Shown: piece after piece, positions 32,221-42,226 of the stretch
How positions within the stretch are numbered: the stretch's first letter is position 1
Layout: every line of letters starts with the position of its first letter
Origin: an uncultured Gemmatimonadales bacterium
GTDB lineage: Bacteria > Gemmatimonadota > Gemmatimonadetes > Longimicrobiales > RSA9
Length of the DNA: 64,000 nucleotides
Reading direction: 5' to 3'
NCBI GenBank assembly: GCA_963816355.1
Contig: CAWFKH010000003.1
Span: forward strand, 1 to 64,000
Program-made: the position numbers and the translations under genes
The notes under the pieces: model-generated
What the model was told of the DNA's origin: nothing
Seen by the model: the letters and a program-made list of their open reading frames with translations, nothing else
Database searches by the model: none

Positions 32221-33711
32221 ATGCACGGATCTCGCAGGACGACGCCCCCCGCGCCGGCGCGCCGCGCGCTCTTCCGCCTTCGCCGCGCGGCGCGCGTGCT
32301 CCTCGCGCTGGCCGCCGGGGCACCGCTCGCCGCGACGCCCGCCGCGGCGCAGGCCACCGGCACGGCCGCCGGGGCGCGGGCCACGGATCTCGACGCGGCG
32401 GCGATGGCGCAGCGGTACGGCGGCGTGGCGGACCGGCTGATCGACGCGGCGCTCGCGGACAGCGCGGCGTACGCCCGGCTGGGCGAGCTGGTGGACACGT
32501 TCGGCCCGCGCATCGCCGGCTCGGCGGCGCTGGAGCGCGCGATCGACTGGGCGGTGGCGCGCATGCAGGAGGACGGGCTGGAGAACGTGCACACCGTGCC
32601 GGCGATGGTGTCGCACTGGGTGCGCGGCGCGGAGTCGGCGGAGCTGGTCGAGCCGCGGCCGAAGAAGCTGGAGATGCTCGGGCTCGGCGGCAGCATCGCG
32701 ACGCCGCCGGAGGGCGTCACCGCGCCGGTCCTCGTGGTCGGCGGCTGGGACGATCTGCGGGCGCACGCGGCAGAGGCGAAGGGTCGCATCGTCGTCTACG
32801 ACGTCCCCTTCTCGACGTACGGCGAGACGGTGCGGTACCGCTCCCGCGGCGCGATCGAGGCGGCGAAGGTGGGCGCCGTCGCCAGCCTGATCCGCTCCGT
32901 AACGCCGTTCTCGATGAACCTGCCGCACACCGGTGCGATGAGCTACGACTCGAGCGTGGAGCGGATCCCGCACGCGGCGCTCACGGTAGAGGACGTGATG
33001 ATGCTGCACCGCATGCAGGACCGCGGCGTCACGCCCGTGATCCGTCTTCGGATGGCGGCGCGGACGTACCCGGACGTCCCCTCGCGCGACGTCGTCGCCG
33101 AGATCCGCGGCAGCGAGAAGCCGGACGAGGTCGTGGTGATCGGCGGCCACATCGACTCCTGGGACGTCGGCCAGGGCGCCATGGACGACGGCGGCGGCGT
33201 CGTCGTCTCGTGGGAAGCGCTGCGCCTGATGAAGCGGCTCGGCTTGAGGCCGCGCCGCACCGTCCGTGTCGTCCTCTGGGTCGACGAGGAGCACACCGGC
33301 GCCGGCGGCCGCGCCTACGCCGACTCTCAGGGCGACGCCGTCGACGAGCACGTGCTCGCCATCGAGTCCGACGACGGCGTCTTCAAGCCGCTCGGCTTCG
33401 GCTTCACCGGCCCCGACGACGCGTTCACCCGCGTCGCCGCGGTGGGGAAGCTGCTCGACCGCATCGGCGCCGGGGCGGTGAGCAAGGGCGGCGGCGGCGC
33501 CGACATCGCGCCGCTGATGCGCCGCGGCGTGCCCGGCATGGGCCTCGTCGTGCAGGGCGACCGCTACTTCTGGTACCACCACACGAACGCCGACACGCTC
33601 GACAAGCTCGATCCCGCCGACGTCGCCGAGTGCGTCGCGGCGATGGCCGTGATGGCGTACGTCGTCGCGGACCTGCCGCAGCCGCTGCCGCACGGCCCGG
33701 TGACGCGATGA
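32221..33711 (+). CDS. M28 family peptidase (carboxypeptidase Q-like)
   Basis: GGHIDSWD, GAMDDGGG, DEE, ESD, YHHT; signal peptide; start uncertain. Confidence 0.9.
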   Translation: MHGSRRTTPPAPARRALFRLRRAARVLLALAAGAPLAATPAAAQATGTAAGARATDLDAAAMAQRYGGVADRLIDAALADSAAYARLGELVDTFGPRIAGSAALERAIDWAVARMQEDGLENVHTVPAMVSHWVRGAESAELVEPRPKKLEMLGLGGSIATPPEGVTAPVLVVGGWDDLRAHAAEAKGRIVVYDVPFSTYGETVRYRSRGAIEAAKVGAVASLIRSVTPFSMNLPHTGAMSYDSSVERIPHAALTVEDVMMLHRMQDRGVTPVIRLRMAARTYPDVPSRDVVAEIRGSEKPDEVVVIGGHIDSWDVGQGAMDDGGGVVVSWEALRLMKRLGLRPRRTVRVVLWVDEEHTGAGGRAYADSQGDAVDEHVLAIESDDGVFKPLGFGFTGPDDAFTRVAAVGKLLDRIGAGAVSKGGGGADIAPLMRRGVPGMGLVVQGDRYFWYHHTNADTLDKLDPADVAECVAAMAVMAYVVADLPQPLPHGPVTR

Positions 33712-36587
33712 GCCCCGCCGCCCGCTCCCGGCTCGGCCGCATCGCGCTCGCGGGCGGGCTCTCGACGGCGACGCTCGCCGCCGCGCTCGCCGCGCCCGCG
33801 CCGATCGCGGCCCAGGCCGCCACCGCGCGGCCGACGGCTGCCGCGCGCGACACGACGCCGCCACTCACGGCGCCGCTGCCGGCCGACAGCCTCGTGCGGA
33901 CCGGCACGCTGCCCAACGGGCTGCGCTACTACATCCGCGTGAACCGTCGGCCGGAGGACCGGGCGGAGCTGCGGCTGGCGGTGAACGCCGGCTCGATCCT
34001 GGAGACGCCGGCGCAGCGCGGGCTCGCGCACTTCGTCGAGCACATGGCGTTCAACGGCACGCGCCACTTCGCCAAGAACGAGCTGGTCTCCTATCTCGAG
34101 TCGATCGGGATGCGGTTCGGCGCGGACGTGAACGCGTCCACGTCGTTCGACGAGACGGTGTACACGCTCACGCTGCCGACCGACACCGCGGCGGTGCTGG
34201 AGAAGGGGCTGCAGATCCTCGAGGACTGGGCGCACGGCCAGGTGTTCGACTCGGCGCAGGTCGCCGCCGAGCGCGGCGTCGTCCTCGAGGAGTGGCGCCT
34301 CGGACAGGGCGCCGGCTCGCGCATGCGGAAGAAGCAGTTCCCCGTGCTCTTCCACGGCTCCCGCTACGCCGAGCGGCTGCCGATCGGCGACACCGCCGTG
34401 ATCACCACCGCCACGCCGTCGGAGCTGGAGGCGTTCTACCGCGCGTGGTATCGCCCGGACCTGATGGCGGTGGTCGCCGTCGGGGACTTCGAGGCCGCCC
34501 GCGTCGAGGCGATGATCCGCGAGCACTTCGGCGCAATCGCGCCGGTGCGCGACGCCGAGCCCCGCACCGTCTTCCCCGTCCCGACCGAGGACACGACGCT
34601 CGTCTCGGTCGTGCAGGACCCGGAGGCGACCGGCTCGACGGTGAACGTCTACTACAAGCACGCCTCGCGCGAGGAGCGCACCTACGGCGATTACCGGCGC
34701 AGCATTGTCGAGAGCCTCTACGACGGCATGATGAACCGCCGCCTCGCCGAGCTGACGCAGCAGACGGCGCCGCCCTTCATCGGCGCGTTCGCGGGCAACA
34801 CGAGCCTGACCCGCACCGCCGACGCCTACGTCCTGGCCGCGGGCGTCCCGGACGGCGGCGTGCTGCGCGGCCTCGACGCGCTGCTCACCGAAGCGGAGCG
34901 CGTCTACCGCCACGGCTTCACCGCGACCGAGTTGCAGCGCGAAAAGGCGGACGCGCTGCGCAACATGGAGCGCGTCTACGCGGAGCGGGAGAAGACGGAG
35001 TCCTCCTCGTTCGCCGACGAGTACGTGCGCAACTTCCTTCTCGGCGAGCCGATCCCCGGGATCCCCGCCGAGTGGGCCCTCTACCGCCGCTTCGTCCCCG
35101 GCGTCACGCTGCCGGAGGTCGACTCGCTCGCGCAGCGCTGGCTGCGGCCGGCCGGCCGCGTCGTCCTCGTGCAGGCGCCGGAGAAGGCGAGCGTGCCGGC
35201 GCGCGCGCAGCTCCTCGCCGCCTTCGACTCGGTCGCGCACGCGCAGATCCCGGCCTACGAGGATGTGGCCGCGGACCGGCCGCTCGTCGCCGCGCCGCCC
35301 GCGCCCGGCCGCATCGTGAGGACGACACGGCTCGACACGATCGGCGTCACCGAGTGGACGCTGTCGAACGGCGCCCGCGTGCTGCTCAAGCCGACCGACT
35401 TCAAGGACGACCAGGTGCTCCTGCGCGCCTTCGCCTGGGGCGGCACCTCGCTCGCGCCCGACAGCCTCCTCGTCCCCGCCGTCACCGCCGCCGCCGTCGT
35501 CGCGGCGGGCGGCGCCGGCGACTTCAACCGCATCGAGCTCGACAAGGCGCTCTCGGGCAAGGCGGTCAGCGTCACGCCCTACATCAGCGGCCTCGAGGAG
35601 GGCCTCTCCGGCGGCGGCTCGCCGCGCGACCTCGAGACGCTGATGAAGCTGGTGTGGCTCACCTTCACCGCGCCCCGCGCCGACACCGTCGCGTTCGCCT
35701 CCTTCAAGTCCCGCATCGCCGCCGCCTACCGCAACCGCAGCGAGAACCCGGAGGCCGCGTTCCAGGACACGCTGCAGGTGGTGATGGCGCAGCACGCGCC
35801 GCGCGCCCAGCCGCTCGACAGCGCCTGGTTCGGCCGCATGGACCTGGGCGAGTCGCTGCGCTTCTACCGCGATCGTTTCGACGACGCCGGCGCCTTCACC
35901 TTCCTCCTCGTCGGAAGCTTCGACGTCGACTCCATCCGCCCGCTCGTCGAACGCTGGATCGCCTCGCTGCCCGCGTCCGGCCACGCCGAGAGCTGGCGCG
36001 ACGTCGGCATCCGCCCGCCGCCCGGCGTCGTCGAGCGCACCGTGCGCAAGGGCATCGAGCCGAAAGCCCGCGCGCGCATCATCTTCCACGGCCCGATCGA
36101 CTACGACGACGACCGCGCCTACCTGCTCTCCTCCCTCGCCGACATCCTCCAGATCCGGCTCCGCGACGTGCTGCGCGAGGAGATGGGCGGGACCTACGGC
36201 GTGGGTGTCGACGCCGGCGCCTCACCCGAGCCGTATCCCGGCTACAGCGTCGCGATCGATTTCGGCGCCGCGCCCGACCGCCTCGATGAGCTGACGCGCG
36301 CCGTCTTCACTCAGATCGACTCGCTGCAGCGCTCCGGTCCGCGCTCCGCCGAGCTCGAGAAGGTGCGCGAGACGCAACTCCGCGGGCGCGAGACGTCGCT
36401 GCGCCAGAACGGCTTCTGGACCGCCTACCTGCAGGAGATGGAGCAACACGACCGCCCCCCGGCCGCGCTCTACGACTTCGAGCGCCGCGTCCGGGCGCTG
36501 GATGCCGCAGCCATCCGCGATGCCGCGCGGCAGTACCTGGATCGGAAGCGGTACGTGGAAGTGCGGCTCGTGCCGGCAGGGTCGTAG
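33708..36587 (+). CDS. M16 family zinc protease (PqqL-like)
   Basis: Inverted zinc motif HFVEH, LPNGL, NASTSFDET; ATGA overlap with upstream gene. Confidence 0.92.
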   Translation: MSPAARSRLGRIALAGGLSTATLAAALAAPAPIAAQAATARPTAAARDTTPPLTAPLPADSLVRTGTLPNGLRYYIRVNRRPEDRAELRLAVNAGSILETPAQRGLAHFVEHMAFNGTRHFAKNELVSYLESIGMRFGADVNASTSFDETVYTLTLPTDTAAVLEKGLQILEDWAHGQVFDSAQVAAERGVVLEEWRLGQGAGSRMRKKQFPVLFHGSRYAERLPIGDTAVITTATPSELEAFYRAWYRPDLMAVVAVGDFEAARVEAMIREHFGAIAPVRDAEPRTVFPVPTEDTTLVSVVQDPEATGSTVNVYYKHASREERTYGDYRRSIVESLYDGMMNRRLAELTQQTAPPFIGAFAGNTSLTRTADAYVLAAGVPDGGVLRGLDALLTEAERVYRHGFTATELQREKADALRNMERVYAEREKTESSSFADEYVRNFLLGEPIPGIPAEWALYRRFVPGVTLPEVDSLAQRWLRPAGRVVLVQAPEKASVPARAQLLAAFDSVAHAQIPAYEDVAADRPLVAAPPAPGRIVRTTRLDTIGVTEWTLSNGARVLLKPTDFKDDQVLLRAFAWGGTSLAPDSLLVPAVTAAAVVAAGGAGDFNRIELDKALSGKAVSVTPYISGLEEGLSGGGSPRDLETLMKLVWLTFTAPRADTVAFASFKSRIAAAYRNRSENPEAAFQDTLQVVMAQHAPRAQPLDSAWFGRMDLGESLRFYRDRFDDAGAFTFLLVGSFDVDSIRPLVERWIASLPASGHAESWRDVGIRPPPGVVERTVRKGIEPKARARIIFHGPIDYDDDRAYLLSSLADILQIRLRDVLREEMGGTYGVGVDAGASPEPYPGYSVAIDFGAAPDRLDELTRAVFTQIDSLQRSGPRSAELEKVRETQLRGRETSLRQNGFWTAYLQEMEQHDRPPAALYDFERRVRALDAAAIRDAARQYLDRKRYVEVRLVPAGS

Positions 36588-36621
36588 GCAGCCAGCCGCG
36601 AGACCGGCGGAAGGCGGTGCG

Positions 36622-36661
36622 GCCGACCGGGTGCGCTCCTCTCGCCGACCGGGTGCGCTCC
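36622..36661. repeat. 18-bp direct repeat, period 22
   Basis: GCCGACCGGGTGCGCTCC at 36622 and 36644. Confidence 0.8.
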
Positions 36662-36720
36662 CGGCGGTCCAGAACCTGCAACCGAAGAGCGCCCCTCTCC
36701 CTCCCGCCGGAGGCGCCGCA

Positions 36721-38763
36721 GTGTCGAGCAACGTCGCGCGCAAGCTGATCGCCGAGCACCTGGTCGAAGGAGAGATGCGGCCGGGCGAGGAGATCGCCGT
36801 GCGCATCGACCAGACGCTGACGCAGGACGCGACGGGAACGCTCGTGATGCTCGAGCTCGAGGCGATGGGGCTGGACCGCGTGCGCACGGAGCTGTCGGCG
36901 CAGTACGTCGACCACAACCTGCTGCAGGCGGACAGCCGCAATCCGGACGACCATCTCTTCCTGCAGAGCGCCTGCCGTCGCTTTGGCGTCTGGTTCAGCC
37001 GGCCGGGCAACGGCGTCAGCCATCCCGTGCACATGCAGCGCTTCGGCCGGCCCGGCGCGACGCTGCTCGGCTCCGACAGCCACACCTGCGCCGCCGGCTC
37101 TCTCGGCATGCTCGCGATCGGCGCGGGCGGCCTGGACGTCGCGCTCGCGATGGCGGGCGAGCCGTTCCGCTTCTCCATGCCGCGCATCTGGGGCGTGCGC
37201 CTCGTCGGCGAGCTGCCGCCGTGGGTGAGCGCGAAGGACGTGATCCTGGAGATGCTGCGCCGCCACGGCGTCGCCGGCGGGATCGGCCGCATCGTCGAGT
37301 ATCACGGCCCCGGCCTGCGCGGCCTTTCGGCGATGGACCGCCACGTGATCGCGAACATGGGCGCGGAGCTGGGCGCGACCACGACCGTCTTCCCGTCGGA
37401 CGACGCGACGCGTGCCTTCCTGCGCGCGGAAGGGCGCGAGGAGCAGTGGCGCGAGCTGACGGCGGACGACGGCGCGTCGTATGACGTCGAGGAGGAGATC
37501 GATCTCGGCGCGCTCGAGCCGCTCATCGCGCGCCCGTCGAGCCCGGGCGACGTCGTGCCCGTGCGGGAGGTGGCCGGCGCGGAGATCTACCAGGCGTATA
37601 TCGGCTCGTCGGCGAACCCCGGCTTCCGCGACTTCGCCATTGCCGCCCGCATCGTGCGCGGCCGCACTGTCGCGAGCCACGTCTCCTTCGACGTCAACCC
37701 GACGTCGCGTGAGCTGCTCCAGGATCTGATGTCGGCCGGCCTGCTCTCCGACCTGATCGCGTCGGGCGCGCGGCTGCACCAGGCCGGCTGCAACGGCTGC
37801 ATCGGCATGGGCCAGGCGCCCGCGACCGGCCGCAACTCGCTGCGTACGACGCCGCGCAACTTCCCCGGCCGTTCCGGAACGAAGGAGGACTCCGTTTGGC
37901 TGTGCAGTCCGGAGACCGCGGCCGCCTCCGCGCTCGCCGGCGCGATCACCGATCCGCGTACGCTGGACATGCCGTACCCGGCGATCGAGGAGCCGTCCCG
38001 GCGCCCGCTCCGCCTGCGGACGATGGAAGCCCCGCCGCCCGCGGAGGAGGCGACGGACATCGACCTGCTCAAGGGGCCGAACATCTCGTCGCTGCCCGCG
38101 CTCGAACCGCTCCCCGACACGCTGGAGCTGCCCGTGCTGCTGCGCGTCGGCGACGACCTCTCGACCGACGAGATCCTCCCCGCCGGGTCACGCATCCTGC
38201 CGTACCGGAGCAACATCCCGAAGATCAGCGAGTTCGCCTTCGAGATCGTCGACGACAGCTACGCCCGCCGCGCCGCCGCCGCGCGCGACGCCGGCGGCCA
38301 CGCCGTCGTCGCCGGCTCGAACTACGGTCAGGGCTCGAGCCGCGAGCACGCCGCGCTGGCGCCGCGCTACCTCGGCCTGCGGGTCGTCATCGCCGTCGGC
38401 TTCGCGCGCATCCACCGCCAGAACCTCGTCAACTTCGGCGTGCTGCCGCTGGTGTTCGAGCACCGCGCCGACTACGATCGTCTGCGGCAGGGGGCGACGC
38501 TGCGCCTGCGCGACCTGCACGCGCGCCTCGAGCGCGACGGGCCGCTCGAGATCGAGGTCGTCGGCGGCGAGCGCGGCGCCGCGGCGGGCGCGGCCGATGA
38601 CGGCGGGGGACCGGGATGGAGCTTCCTGGCGCGGCACGGCCTCTCCCGGCGCGAGGTCGCCGCCGTGCGCGCGGGGGGGCTGACCAACTGGATCCGGCGT
38701 CGCGCCGCCCGCACCGCCGCCGCTGCCGGCCGCCCCCCCGCCGGCGAGGCGAGCCTGGACTGA
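36721..38763 (+). CDS. Aconitase family hydratase (short, ~680 aa type)
   Basis: QDATG, DHN, DSHT, CNGCIG, RNFPGRSG, NYGQGSSREHA; GTG start. Confidence 0.9.
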   Translation: MSSNVARKLIAEHLVEGEMRPGEEIAVRIDQTLTQDATGTLVMLELEAMGLDRVRTELSAQYVDHNLLQADSRNPDDHLFLQSACRRFGVWFSRPGNGVSHPVHMQRFGRPGATLLGSDSHTCAAGSLGMLAIGAGGLDVALAMAGEPFRFSMPRIWGVRLVGELPPWVSAKDVILEMLRRHGVAGGIGRIVEYHGPGLRGLSAMDRHVIANMGAELGATTTVFPSDDATRAFLRAEGREEQWRELTADDGASYDVEEEIDLGALEPLIARPSSPGDVVPVREVAGAEIYQAYIGSSANPGFRDFAIAARIVRGRTVASHVSFDVNPTSRELLQDLMSAGLLSDLIASGARLHQAGCNGCIGMGQAPATGRNSLRTTPRNFPGRSGTKEDSVWLCSPETAAASALAGAITDPRTLDMPYPAIEEPSRRPLRLRTMEAPPPAEEATDIDLLKGPNISSLPALEPLPDTLELPVLLRVGDDLSTDEILPAGSRILPYRSNIPKISEFAFEIVDDSYARRAAAARDAGGHAVVAGSNYGQGSSREHAALAPRYLGLRVVIAVGFARIHRQNLVNFGVLPLVFEHRADYDRLRQGATLRLRDLHARLERDGPLEIEVVGGERGAAAGAADDGGGPGWSFLARHGLSRREVAAVRAGGLTNWIRRRAARTAAAAGRPPAGEASLD

Positions 38764-38773
38764 GGCGAACCCA

Positions 38774-41272
38774 TTGAGCGAGCGCACAGCGGGAAGACCG
38801 AGGCCGGACGACGCGGAGTGGGCGCTCCTCCCCTTCGCGCCGATGATCTACGTGGCCTGGGCGGACGGCGTGCTCTCCGGCGACGAGATCACCCGCATCG
38901 GCGAGATCCTGCGCGCACGCGAGGGCGCCGACGGCATCGCCGCCGACGCTGTCGACCGGTGGCTCAATCCCGCGCGGCCCCCCTCACCCGTCGACCTTGC
39001 CGCGCTGCTGCGAACGCTCCGCCGCGCCGCGCGTTCGCTCTCCGCCGACGAGCGCCGTTCGCTCGCCGGCCTCGGCGCCGCGCTCGCCCGCCGCGGCGGC
39101 TTCCACGACCCCGCGGTCGACGCCGCACTGAGCCGCGTCGAGGCCGCGCTCGGCGTCGCGGGCGGCGACGCCGTGAAGGCGATCCTCGCCGAGCCCGCCT
39201 CGTCCTCGGCCGCCGTCGCCGCGCCCTCGCCCACGGCAGCTGCTCCCTCGCCCGCGGCCGCCGCGTCCTCGCCCGCGGCCGGGCCTGCGCCCTCGGCCGC
39301 CAAGGCGCCGCCCGACCCGGTGGCGCTCGAACGCTTCCTGCAGCCGGACCACCGCGACATCCGCGCGCGCGTCTTCGCGCTGCTCGAGCGGCCGTCGTTC
39401 CGTCTCGATGCGGGCCTGCCGATGGCGGAGCACCGCCGGCGGGTCTTCGCCTGGCTCGGCGAGCTGGCGGAGGCGGGCCTCACCGCGTTCGCCTACCCGG
39501 AGGCCCAGGGCGGCGCGGGCGACGTCGGTGCCAGCATCGCGGTCTTCGAGACGCTCGCGTACCACGACCTCAGCCTCGTCGTGAAGTACGGCGTGCAATT
39601 CGGCCTCTTCGGCGGCAGCATCCTGCACCTCGGCACGGAGCGCCACCACGAGCGTTGGCTGCGCGACGTCGCCTCGCTCCAGCTCGCCGGCTGCTACGCG
39701 ATGACCGAGGTCGGCCACGGCTCCAACGTGCGTGATCTGCGCACCGTCGCCCGCTACGACGCCGCGAGCGGTGAGTTTGTCGTCGTCACGCCCGACGCCG
39801 ACGCGCGCAAGGACTGGATCGGGAACGCCGCGCTGCACGCGCGCCTCGCGACGGTCTTCGCCCAGCTCGAGGTGGGCGGCCAGGGTTACGGCGTGCACGC
39901 GCTCGTCGTCCCGATCCGGGACGCGGCGGGCCGTCCGCTGCCCGGCGTCGAGATCGAGGACTGCGGGCTGAAGGAGGGGCTGAACGGCGTCGACAACGGC
40001 CGCCTCGCCTTCCGCGGCGTGCGCGTGCCGCGCGACCATCTGCTCGACCGCTTCGGCCGCGTCACGGAAGACGGCCGTTATGAGAGCCCGATCGCCAGCG
40101 ACGGCCGCCGCTTCTTCACCATGCTGGGCACGCTCGTCGCCGGGCGGATCAGTATCGCCGCCGCCGCCGGCAGCGTCGCCCGCACGGCGCTCGCGATCGC
40201 CGTCCGCTACACGGATCGGCGCCGCCAGTTCGGCCCTCCCGGCGGCGCCGAGGTGCCGGTCCTCGACTACCTCGCGCAGCAGCGGCGTCTGCTGCCGCGC
40301 CTGGCGACGACGTACGCCCTCCACTTCGCCGTGCGGGACCTCGTTCGCCGCTATGCCGACGTCCGGCCCGGCCAGGAGGTCGACCGCGAGATCGAGAGCC
40401 TGGCCGCCGGCCTCAAGGCGTACGGCACGCAGCACACCGTCGAGACGATCCAGCAGTGCCGCCAGGCATGTGGCGGCCGCGGCTATCTCGCCGCCAGCCG
40501 CTTCGGCGCGCTGCTCGCCGACACCGACGTCTTCACCACCTTCGAGGGCGCCAACCTCGTCCTCCTCCAGCTCGTCGCTCGCGGCCTGCTCACCCGCTTC
40601 CGCGAGCACATCGGCGACCTTCGCATCTGGGGCCTCGCGCGCTACCTCGGCGAGCGCGCCGCGCACCGCGTCGCCCGCCTCAACCCGATCCTCACCCGCC
40701 GCACCGACCCCGAGCACCTGCGCGACCCGCAGTTCCAGCTCGACGCGCTGCGCTTCCGCGAGGAGCATCTCGTCGACACCGCCGCGCGCCGCCTCAAGCG
40801 CCGCATCGACGAGACCGGCGACACCTTCGCCGCCATGAACCAGACGCAGGACCACCTCGTCGCCGCCGCCCGCGCCCACGTCGAGCGCGTCCTGCTCGAG
40901 CGCTTCGCCGATGCCGTCGCCGCGCACGCGAGCACCGGCGCCGCCGCTGCCGCGCCCGGGGTTGCCACGGCCGCGGCCGCGCCCGGCGTCGCCACGGTCA
41001 CGCCCGCCACGACCGCGCCCGCCACGGCGCAACAGGGCCCCTCTCCCCTCGTCCCGGCATCGCTCGCGGCGCTGCGCGCCCTCCGCGACCTCTTCGCGCT
41101 CTCCCGCATCGAAGCCGACCGCGGCTGGTTCCTCGAGACCGGCTACATCGAAGCCTCGAAGGCGAAGGCGGTCCGCGCCGAAGTGAACCGCCTCTGCGCC
41201 GACCTCCGCCCCCTCGCCGTCCCCCTCGTAGAAGCCTTCGGCATCCCCGAATCCCTTCTCCCGCCGCTATAA
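38774..41272 (+). CDS. Acyl-CoA oxidase/dehydrogenase with extra N-terminal domain
   Basis: CYAMTEVGHGSNV, KDWIGN, GLNGVDNG, CRQACGG.GY, TFEGAN. Confidence 0.88.
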   Translation: MSERTAGRPRPDDAEWALLPFAPMIYVAWADGVLSGDEITRIGEILRAREGADGIAADAVDRWLNPARPPSPVDLAALLRTLRRAARSLSADERRSLAGLGAALARRGGFHDPAVDAALSRVEAALGVAGGDAVKAILAEPASSSAAVAAPSPTAAAPSPAAAASSPAAGPAPSAAKAPPDPVALERFLQPDHRDIRARVFALLERPSFRLDAGLPMAEHRRRVFAWLGELAEAGLTAFAYPEAQGGAGDVGASIAVFETLAYHDLSLVVKYGVQFGLFGGSILHLGTERHHERWLRDVASLQLAGCYAMTEVGHGSNVRDLRTVARYDAASGEFVVVTPDADARKDWIGNAALHARLATVFAQLEVGGQGYGVHALVVPIRDAAGRPLPGVEIEDCGLKEGLNGVDNGRLAFRGVRVPRDHLLDRFGRVTEDGRYESPIASDGRRFFTMLGTLVAGRISIAAAAGSVARTALAIAVRYTDRRRQFGPPGGAEVPVLDYLAQQRRLLPRLATTYALHFAVRDLVRRYADVRPGQEVDREIESLAAGLKAYGTQHTVETIQQCRQACGGRGYLAASRFGALLADTDVFTTFEGANLVLLQLVARGLLTRFREHIGDLRIWGLARYLGERAAHRVARLNPILTRRTDPEHLRDPQFQLDALRFREEHLVDTAARRLKRRIDETGDTFAAMNQTQDHLVAAARAHVERVLLERFADAVAAHASTGAAAAAPGVATAAAAPGVATVTPATTAPATAQQGPSPLVPASLAALRALRDLFALSRIEADRGWFLETGYIEASKAKAVRAEVNRLCADLRPLAVPLVEAFGIPESLLPPL

Positions 41273-41299
41273 CCCGCACCCCCGCAGCGCCCCCCCCCC

Positions 41300-41507
41300 C
41301 GGCGAAGCGGGTTTCCCTCGCGCAGCGAGCTTCCCCGCGAAGCGGCCCCCCCGCGAAGCGGGGCCCCCGCGAAGCGGGTTTCCCTCGCGCAGCGAGCTTC
41401 CCCGCGAAGCGGCCCCCCCGCGAAGCGGGGCTCCCCTCGCGCAGCGAGCTTCCCTCGCGCAGCGAGCCTCCCTCGCACAGCGAGCTTCCCTCGCGAAGCG
41501 AGCCCCA
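41300..41507. repeat. REP-like palindromic repeat cluster
   Basis: Repeated GCGAGCTTCCC(T/C)CGC and CCGCGAAGCGG units; same family as 27925-28186 and 29080-29341. Confidence 0.88.
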
Positions 41508-41605
41508 CCGGCGTATCCTAAGTACGGATCTTGCAACCGCTGCGACCGGATTTTCTCACCCGGATCGCGCCACGATTCGCACCCCGCACGCCAGGAGACG
41601 ATCAC

Positions 41606-42226
41606 ATGCCCTATCCATTCAAGCTCCCGGATCTTCCCTATGATTTCGGCGCTCTCGAGCCGCACATCGACGCGCGCACGATGGAGATCCACCACGACAA
41701 GCATCACGCGGGCTACACCAGCAAGCTGAACGATGCGCTGGAGAAGCATTCGGAGTGGCAGGGACGCGAGGCGGAGGAGATCCTTCGCAACATCAACAGC
41801 GTGCCCGAAGACATCCGGACGGCCGTGCGTAACAACGGCGGCGGCTACGTCAACCATGCGCTCTTCTGGCGCATTATGTCGCCGGAGGGCGGCGGCGAGC
41901 CGGAGGGCGACCTCGCCAACGCGCTGCGCTCGAAGTTCGGCTCCTTCGACGACTTCAAGCAGAAGCTCACCGCCACCGCGGGCGGCCAGTTCGGCAGCGG
42001 CTGGGGCTGGCTCGTCGTGACCGCTCCGGGCGACCTCGACGTCTACTCGACGCCGAACCAGGACAGCCCGTACATGAACGGCCACACGCCGATCCTCGGC
42101 GTCGATGTCTGGGAGCACGCGTACTACCTGAAGTACCAGAACAAGCGTCCGGAGTACCTGCAGAACTGGTGGAACGTCGTCAACTGGCGCGAGGTCGAGA
42201 AGCGGTACGACGCCGCCCGCGGTTGA
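41606..42226 (+). CDS. sodA: Superoxide dismutase, Mn-type signature
   Basis: [32 protein letters not shown]. Confidence 0.93.
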   Translation: MPYPFKLPDLPYDFGALEPHIDARTMEIHHDKHHAGYTSKLNDALEKHSEWQGREAEEILRNINSVPEDIRTAVRNNGGGYVNHALFWRIMSPEGGGEPEGDLANALRSKFGSFDDFKQKLTATAGGQFGSGWGWLVVTAPGDLDVYSTPNQDSPYMNGHTPILGVDVWEHAYYLKYQNKRPEYLQNWWNVVNWREVEKRYDAARG

